NCBI GenBank assembly: GCA_038214655.1
Contig: JBBQRR010000010.1
Location: 6,183-70,182 of the forward strand
Length of the DNA stretch: 64,000 bases
Direction: 5' to 3'
From: Bacteroidia bacterium
GTDB lineage: Bacteria > Bacteroidota > Bacteroidia > B-17B0 > Aurantibacillaceae
Under the pieces are notes generated by a model, which did not search any database, had not been told where the DNA came from, and worked only from the letters and a program-made list of their open reading frames with translations. This document shows, piece after piece, positions 57,826-64,000 of this stretch. Numbering within the stretch: position 1 is the first letter of the stretch; every line of letters begins with the position of its first letter. Both the position numbers and the translations under genes were made by a program.

Positions 57826-58857
57826 ATGAAAACAAAATTACACTTTCTCTCAATTGCATTTTGCCTAAGCGCTATCACAGTGATGGCACAACCCACATTA
57901 ACAGCCGCAGGCATAAATCCGGTTTCGGGCGAACAATTCATTAACGTTGGCTCTACTTACACAAGCCCCGGCAGCGCAGGTGCAAATCAAACCTGGAACT
58001 TTGCGGCTTTAACCACAAACAGTACTTCAACCGTTTCGGTTCTTACGGCTTCAACCACAACCTATGGCGCTTCGTTTCCTAATGCCAACGTTGCCACAAC
58101 GGGCAACGGCACCAGTTTTGAGTATTATAAAACTTCGGCAGGCGCTTATCAGTCGTATGGCTCGGCCAATGCCAGCACTACCGATTCATACACAAATCCG
58201 GAGGACAGATTACAATTTCCTTTTACCTATACAAATACTTATTTAGATTATTTTTCATCAATTTACGTTAGTAGCGGGGTAACTATTTACCGCAGTGGCA
58301 ATACAAACGTTACTGCCGACGCTTACGGAACGCTAACCACGCCTGCCGGGACCTTTAGCAATGTATTGCGTGTTTACAGCGTATATATGTATCACGATTC
58401 TTCTAATACCAGTGGCAATCCTTCGGTAAATATTTTTCAGAGAACGCAATACCAATGGTATCTCAACGGTAATCATACTGCTATAGCTAATGTAAGCACA
58501 TTTACTTTTACTCCTGCTACGGGTAGTCCGGTTAGTGGGCAGGGCGCGGGTTATTTAAGCAACGCCACTACAGGAATTAATTTAGAAAGCGCTTTTTCAA
58601 AATCCATTTCAATTTTTCCTAATCCCGGTTCAGGCACAATTAATTTTAGTGTTGCGTTAACTGAGAGCAAAAAAGTGGAAATAAAATTATTTAACTCTTT
58701 AGGCGCAGTTGTTTTAAGTAATACTGAAACGCAAGGGATAGCAGGCGGCAATTCTTATAAATTTGACCTTGCCTCCTTACCGGGTGGAATTTATTTTGCC
58801 GGAATATATTTGGATGGAACTCTTGCCTCCACCCGCAAGGTTATCATTAATAATTAA
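57826..58857 (+). CDS. T9SS type A sorting domain protein (Thr/Ser-rich)
   Basis: Signal peptide; GANQTWNF; CTD IFPNPG...LPGGIYF. Confidence 0.85.
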   Translation: MKTKLHFLSIAFCLSAITVMAQPTLTAAGINPVSGEQFINVGSTYTSPGSAGANQTWNFAALTTNSTSTVSVLTASTTTYGASFPNANVATTGNGTSFEYYKTSAGAYQSYGSANASTTDSYTNPEDRLQFPFTYTNTYLDYFSSIYVSSGVTIYRSGNTNVTADAYGTLTTPAGTFSNVLRVYSVYMYHDSSNTSGNPSVNIFQRTQYQWYLNGNHTAIANVSTFTFTPATGSPVSGQGAGYLSNATTGINLESAFSKSISIFPNPGSGTINFSVALTESKKVEIKLFNSLGAVVLSNTETQGIAGGNSYKFDLASLPGGIYFAGIYLDGTLASTRKVIINN

Positions 58858-58967
58858 AAAAACTACTCGGATTATGGTTTAAAACTGTATTTCCGAGGAT
58901 TTTTGTTTCTTCTTTTGAGGCAAGCCTGACGCATTATCTTGTATCTTTATACTGTAAAATAATCCCA

Positions 58968-59825
58968 ATGAATAAAGTACTTCTATTTGGTGGAACCGGA
59001 AAACTGGGCACTAAGGTGGCTCAGGAACTTCAAACAAAAAATTTTACTGTAACCGCTGTTGTGCGAAATAAGGCCAAGGCCGATTATTTAAAGCCTTATG
59101 TTGCCCACACGCTCATTACGGATATAACAAAACCGGAGGCACTTAAAAATATTTGTTCTGATTTTGATATTGTTGTTTCAACGCTTGGCAAAAGTGTATC
59201 GCTTAACGATAAAAGCAAACCCGGTTTTATTGATATTGACTTAAATGCCAATAGCATCATTTTACAGGAAGCAGTTGCAGCGGGAATTAAAAAATTTGTT
59301 TATGTTTCGGCTTTGGGTGCAGAGAATTGTTTACACTTAAATTATTTTAAAGTACATCACGATTTTTCGGAAAAATTAAAACACTCGGGCATAGATTACA
59401 GCATCATTAAGCCTCCTGCTATTTTAAGCGCCTTTGTTGATTTAATTGACATGGCTAAAAAAGGGCAATTGATGAATATAGGCAAGGGCGATAAACAAAC
59501 AAACCCTATTTACGAAGGAGATCTGGCAAGAATTCTTGTGGAAAGCATTCTTGAGAAAAATGCCACGATTGAAGCCGGCGGGAAAAAAGTGTATACGCGA
59601 AAAGAAATAAATGAAATTATACAACAGGATATCGCTCCGAAAAAAAAATTAAGGTCAATGCCTGCCGGATTAGTTAAATGCGGTCTACCTTTGCTGAAAA
59701 TATTCAACAAAAACATGTACGATAAATTTGCTTTCTTTTTAGAAGTAGTGCAGCACGATTTAATTGCTCCTAAAGCCGGCGAAGTGACACTAGAGAAATA
59801 CCTGGGTGAGAAACTTTATTTGTAA
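58968..59825 (+). CDS. Atypical SDR / NAD(P)H-binding protein
   Basis: LFGGTGKLG; FVYVS; YSIIKP. Confidence 0.85.
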   Translation: MNKVLLFGGTGKLGTKVAQELQTKNFTVTAVVRNKAKADYLKPYVAHTLITDITKPEALKNICSDFDIVVSTLGKSVSLNDKSKPGFIDIDLNANSIILQEAVAAGIKKFVYVSALGAENCLHLNYFKVHHDFSEKLKHSGIDYSIIKPPAILSAFVDLIDMAKKGQLMNIGKGDKQTNPIYEGDLARILVESILEKNATIEAGGKKVYTRKEINEIIQQDIAPKKKLRSMPAGLVKCGLPLLKIFNKNMYDKFAFFLEVVQHDLIAPKAGEVTLEKYLGEKLYL

Positions 59826-59903
59826 ACTATCGTATTACCAAAAATTATTTTCACCAATCTTGTTAAAATAAATTTTTTGCATATTTGCATATACTAAGAT
59901 AGC

Positions 59904-60140
59904 ATGAAAACAGCAACTTTAAAAAAAGAATTACATGATGCCATTGATAGCATTGATGACAACAGTTTACTTGAAGCTGTTTATGTTCTCTTAAATAAAA
60001 ACATCCACGAATACTCGCTCAGTAAAGTGCAGGAAAAAGAATTAAAACATCGATTAGAGCTTATTGATAAAGTTGAAGAGAAAACTACCCCATATAAAAA
60101 ATCACTAAAAATGATACGTCAAAAATTGAAAAACAGGTAA
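59904..60140 (+). CDS. Putative antitoxin (addiction-module component)
   Basis: 78 aa with LS..Q.KEL..RL; its stop overlaps the downstream ATG (TAATG). Confidence 0.65.
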   Translation: MKTATLKKELHDAIDSIDDNSLLEAVYVLLNKNIHEYSLSKVQEKELKHRLELIDKVEEKTTPYKKSLKMIRQKLKNR

Positions 60141-60439
60141 TGTAGTCAGTTGTTACCACAAAACATTCGGACGAGGATCTTCTTTCAGCCTCTAAATGGT
60201 ACGACGAAAGAGAATTGGGCTTAGGAGATAAATTTATTGACGATGTTGAGCAATTATTTGAATACTTAGAGAAAAACCCGAAATTATTCAAACAAGTATC
60301 GGCTGATGTACATCAGGCATCTTTAAAGCGCTTTCCTTTCGTTATACTTTACAAAATAAAAGATAATACAGTAGTTATAGTGGCAGTTTTTAACTGTTAT
60401 CAAAATCCGGTTAAAAAACTAAAGAGAACAAAAGACTAA
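60140..60439 (+). pseudogene. ParE/RelE family toxin with amber stop at codon 2
   Basis: ATG TAG TCA GTT... reads M*SVVTTKHSDEDLLSASKWYDERELGLGDKF...RFPFVILYKI...VIVAVF, in frame with the 60215 ORF. Confidence 0.75.
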
Positions 60440-61785
60440 TTATCCTTCTCCAAATCCGTAGCGCTGAACTTAACCAGGCCCTTGATGGCGCTTAACTGAT
60501 CAGCCACCTTACTTTCGTCTCCGGCAACAACCAATTTATACGAATCGGAAGTGAAGTATTTTTTGATGGCCTTTTGCACGTCTTCCAATTTTATTGCTGT
60601 AAGGTCGGCTAAAAAGTTTTTGCGCTTATTAAAATCATATACCACAGGGTTGTAAAAATTTAAAATGGCATCCGGCAATTCTGAGCTTACCATGCTAATT
60701 TTAATTCCGGTGATGGCCATATCAAAATCTTCTTGCGTAATGTTGCCTGCGCTGAACGTTTGTAATGTTTTATCGAAAAGATTAATAGTATTCAGCATTT
60801 CGTTATTACGTACCGAGCAGGCAATAATAAACAGGTTTGAAAACTGCGTGGCCTGATGGCCGCTGCTTATGCCATACGTTTTTCCGCCTTTCTCGCGCAC
60901 TTCTACAAAAATAAAGCGGTTAAAAATCTGGTTGGCTACTCTAAAGGCCATATAATCCTTGTCTTTTACCGAAGGGGCAATTTTGTTCCAACGAAAATTA
61001 CATTGGGTAGAGTTGGCACGATTAATAAAAGCGGTTTCTTTCTTTTTAACAGCAGGTTTATCCAAAGCAACACCATTTACCTCGCCGTAAGCGGAAGTCC
61101 AGGCGCCAAAATATTTTTCTACTGCCGCCTTCACATCGGTTGGATTAAAATTACCGCACACAACGATAGAAGCATTTTTAGGCGTAAAATTAAAACTATG
61201 AAACTCGATTAGTTTAGCCGGAGTAATTTCCTGCAATTGCTTTTTATAATAACGCCTGCCCAATGGATTTGCAGTGCCATACAGGGCATACGCGCTGAAT
61301 GCACCTGTTAAATCAGCGATGTCCATTTTATTTAAGTTATTGTAATCGATGATATAAGAAATTTCCTGCGACAGTTTATCTTTATCAAACAGCGGAGTTA
61401 AAATTGCGGCGCTGAATAAATCCATGCCTCCATCCAAATCTTTACTCAGAAAATTAGCGCTTACGGTTGTATAGTCAAAGCTTGAACTTGTGCTTAGCTC
61501 AGCGCCCAGTTTAAAGCCTTTATCATCCTGCGCTTCTTCGGTGTATTTTTTATTTCCCTTTAGCAGCATGTTGCTTGTAATTTCACTATAGCCCTGCTGG
61601 CCGGGGGTCTCGTTCTTCTTACCCGAATTAATAATGAGCTTTACATTTACCGCGGGTATTTTACCGTATTGCATCAGGTAAACTTTTAAACCGTTTTTAA
61701 GCGTGTAGGTTTCTAAAGTTGGTACTTCCTGTGCAAATGTTGTTGCTACTATCAGGCTGAGTGCTATTGCAAATATTTTTTTCAT
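60436..61785 (-). CDS. M16 family peptidase, non-catalytic subunit
   Basis: LKNGLKV; VREKGGKTYG; no HxxEH motif. Confidence 0.85.
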   Translation of the reverse strand: MKKIFAIALSLIVATTFAQEVPTLETYTLKNGLKVYLMQYGKIPAVNVKLIINSGKKNETPGQQGYSEITSNMLLKGNKKYTEEAQDDKGFKLGAELSTSSSFDYTTVSANFLSKDLDGGMDLFSAAILTPLFDKDKLSQEISYIIDYNNLNKMDIADLTGAFSAYALYGTANPLGRRYYKKQLQEITPAKLIEFHSFNFTPKNASIVVCGNFNPTDVKAAVEKYFGAWTSAYGEVNGVALDKPAVKKKETAFINRANSTQCNFRWNKIAPSVKDKDYMAFRVANQIFNRFIFVEVREKGGKTYGISSGHQATQFSNLFIIACSVRNNEMLNTINLFDKTLQTFSAGNITQEDFDMAITGIKISMVSSELPDAILNFYNPVVYDFNKRKNFLADLTAIKLEDVQKAIKKYFTSDSYKLVVAGDESKVADQLSAIKGLVKFSATDLEKDN

Positions 61786-61821
61786 ATTACTATTTTATAA
61801 TGTTCATCATTACTACAGAAA

Positions 61822-61955
61822 CCGCAAAGAGCGCAGAGAAAATACTGCGCAGAGAACGTAACGTTTTTTTGTGCCGGCGAAGTGTTGATTTCGCGCAAAG
61901 ACGCAGAGACGCAAAGGTCTTAGTGGTGCTTAGTTGGAGCGCATAGAACGCAAAG
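61822..61955. repeat. Cluster of CGCAAAG/CGCAGAG 8-nt periodic units
   Basis: CCGCAAAGAGCGCAGAG; CTGCGCAGAG; CGCGCAAAGACGCAGAGACGCAAAG; AACGCAAAG. Confidence 0.75.
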
Positions 61956-61999
61956 ATTGCTTTAACACCCTTCGGGTAACTGAGATTTACAACTACTCT

Positions 62000-62076
62000 A
62001 TTTATTATTCTGCTTTGCATTTATTATTCTTCTTAAACTTATACTATCTCCTTATACTTATACTATCTCCTTATAC
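62000..62076. repeat. 19-bp-period tandem array (4 units)
   Basis: ATTTATTATTCT at 62000 and 62019; TTATACTATCTCCTTATAC exactly duplicated at 62039 and 62058. Confidence 0.8.
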
Positions 62077-63392
62077 TACTCGCTGGGAGGTTTAATATTA
62101 ATTACTTTTAGCTTCTCGGGATTATAATACGTTTGAGCTATAACTTTCAAATCTTCCGCTTTAATTTTTTTGTAAGCTTCAAGTTGTGCGTTGGATTTGC
62201 TGTAATCATTGTAATAATACTCGGCAAAACCTAAATCGCCGGCAATACCTTGGTTTGAATAACTCCCAAAAGTACGCTGGGCGGTAAGATTAGCAATGTA
62301 GTCATCTATCAATTGCTGCTCTATTCCCTCATTAATAATTTCATTTATTTCTTTCGAAATTGCCTTTTTTACTTTAGCATTTCCAATTCCTGCCTGCATA
62401 ATCACATCAAAATTTGCATAATTATTATACATGCGAGACGGATCTGTTTGCGCCTGAATTCCATAAGCCATATTACCAACCACAACCAGGCGATTCATTA
62501 AAATAGAATTGCTATTGGTAAACAATAACTCAGTCAACAAATTAAAAGCGTAGTAATCCTTATGGCCAAATGCAGGAGAAGGAACTATGTAAGAATAAAT
62601 CTGCACCGGAAAATCAATATTCATTTCCTCAATCTCAATACTATGCGTAAAAATATCCGGCTCCTGCTTTTTTGTATTTACAGGTAGCTGCTTTGTAATG
62701 GGGCCAAAATATTTTTTAGCATAAGCAAAAACATCCTCCGCCTTAACATTGCCGGTTACAATTATAAAAGCATTATTTGGACTATAAAATTTATCGTAAA
62801 ACTCCTGACACTGTTTGGTTGTAAATGCAGTTATCTCATTTAAATACCCAATAACATCTACTTGATAAGGATGCCCTTTTGGATACAGATGCTTATATCT
62901 TTCGTAGCCGGTGCGTTGGTACCAGTTGTTTTCTCCTAAACGTAACTCCTCGCCCACTACTTCGCGCTCGGTGTCTAATACTTTTTGACTAAGCATCAAA
63001 TTCGCCATGCGGTCGGCTTCCATCTCCATCACTTTTTCTACATGCTGAGCAAGCACTTCTTCGTGATACACGGTTCGGTCGAAAGTTGTGTACGCATTTA
63101 CATTGCCTCCCATTTTTTCAAGAAGTTTAATGTACACATCTCCTTCGCCGTTAAAATTCTTAGAGCCGCGAAACATCATGTGCTCAAACATGTGTGCCAT
63201 GCCGCGTACGCCGTCCCACTCGTCTTTACTACCCACGCGGTACCAAATTTCTACTTCAACCATAGGGTTGGTTGTTTTTTCGCACACCACTACTTTTAAA
63301 CCATTTGGCAAAGTGGTGGTTTTTGTAGGATAGGTTTGGGCATTAAGCGCAAGCGACAATCCCGCTAATAAAAACATTACTTTAATTTTCAT
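62076..63392 (-). CDS. M16 family zinc peptidase, catalytic subunit
   Basis: VGSKDE; AHMFEHMMF (HxxEH); NAYTTFDRT. Confidence 0.93.
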   Translation of the reverse strand: MKIKVMFLLAGLSLALNAQTYPTKTTTLPNGLKVVVCEKTTNPMVEVEIWYRVGSKDEWDGVRGMAHMFEHMMFRGSKNFNGEGDVYIKLLEKMGGNVNAYTTFDRTVYHEEVLAQHVEKVMEMEADRMANLMLSQKVLDTEREVVGEELRLGENNWYQRTGYERYKHLYPKGHPYQVDVIGYLNEITAFTTKQCQEFYDKFYSPNNAFIIVTGNVKAEDVFAYAKKYFGPITKQLPVNTKKQEPDIFTHSIEIEEMNIDFPVQIYSYIVPSPAFGHKDYYAFNLLTELLFTNSNSILMNRLVVVGNMAYGIQAQTDPSRMYNNYANFDVIMQAGIGNAKVKKAISKEINEIINEGIEQQLIDDYIANLTAQRTFGSYSNQGIAGDLGFAEYYYNDYSKSNAQLEAYKKIKAEDLKVIAQTYYNPEKLKVINIKPPSE

Positions 63393-63401
63393 ATCTGTAA
63401 T

Positions 63402-64000
63402 TTAAAACTGTGTACTAAATCCAACTAAAATTCCATTACTTACTTTACCGCCAATTCCGTAAGCCAACACATAATCAACGCGAACAACCTTGAAAATATT
63501 TTCGATACCAAAATTTATTTCGTAGTAATTACTTATTTTATCGTTAAACAAAGCGTGGAAGCCTGCCACCTCTTGCAATTTGGTTTTTTTGATGAGTGGA
63601 ATTTTATTAAAAATAAATCCGTTAAAATGATGCTCGGCATGCACTTCGCCATAATATTTATTAGTGCTATAAGTGTAATAAGGCAGTAATTTAAAAGAGT
63701 TGAGATAATCAGCATTGGCAATTACGGTTTGGTTACCGTTAAAATGGCGGTAATCCATAAAGTACATCGTTTTGTTATTGAGAAAATAACCACCCTTTAT
63801 GCGATAAGCAAATGTACCGAACAAACCTAAACGGATATCATCTTCAACGCTTATCCCAACCAAATCGTAATCAGCAGCTGCCCCTAAAACCGGGATTGCC
63901 TTTATATAACGTATAAATATATTCGGATATTTGGAGCCTGTATTTATCTTACGATGCGGCAAGGTATAATATTTTTGCTTAAAACGAATTCTGAAAACCA
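63402..64000 (-). CDS. DUF5686-type outer-membrane protein, C-terminal fragment (5' end beyond window)
   Basis: Frame is open to the window edge (VFRIRFKQKYYTLPHRK); EHHFNG; GIENIFKVVRVDY; C-terminal F. Confidence 0.65.
   Translation of the reverse strand, partial: VFRIRFKQKYYTLPHRKINTGSKYPNIFIRYIKAIPVLGAAADYDLVGISVEDDIRLGLFGTFAYRIKGGYFLNNKTMYFMDYRHFNGNQTVIANADYLNSFKLLPYYTYSTNKYYGEVHAEHHFNGFIFNKIPLIKKTKLQEVAGFHALFNDKISNYYEINFGIENIFKVVRVDYVLAYGIGGKVSNGILVGFSTQF

Noticed and set aside
60143-60145. TAG read as pyrrolysine or a recoded stop
   Set aside because: No pyl genes are seen and TAG serves as a normal stop for many genes here (for example 13675, 35771, 36991).
61790-62020. 76-aa minus-strand ORF and the overlapping 61761-61946 plus-strand ORF
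   Set aside because: Their sequence (FASLRLCA, LRSLRS) is the translation of the CGCAAAG/CGCAGAG repeats and shows no protein-like features.
737-63721. Numerous 60-206-aa ORFs antisense to or nested in long genes (for example 737-1138, 4213-4767, 34150-34536, 55519-56139)
   Set aside because: They are shadow frames of well-supported genes with no motifs of their own.

Overview
Mostly core chromosome of a Bacteroidota bacterium, judged by six T9SS C-terminal-domain proteins, TAnnTTTG promoter boxes and Bacteroidota-type lipoproteins and beta-barrels. It holds about 57 CDS, including rpoN, iscS, hutH, a degT-ugd-uxs nucleotide-sugar cluster, prfC, metH, mnmH, rsmI, corA, mqnB, queD, tilS, a tricorn-like protease and an M16 peptidase pair, plus one SAM-I riboswitch. 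I saw no rRNA, tRNA, CRISPR array, transposase, integrase or prophage gene. The most notable observations are: (1) a lipoprotein that fuses a c-type heme motif to a PHM/DBH-like copper monooxygenase with candidates for all six Cu ligands; (2) several families of short periodic or palindromic repeats that fill many intergenic gaps and also lie inside functional sequence (the riboswitch P3 arm, metH, a T9SS CTD and the 3' end of a 2H-phosphoesterase gene), with no cognate mobilising gene in the window; (3) a ParE/RelE toxin with an amber codon at position 2; (4) an unannotated 43-aa TatA-like ORF directly upstream of tatA. All family assignments come from motif recognition by eye, not database searches.
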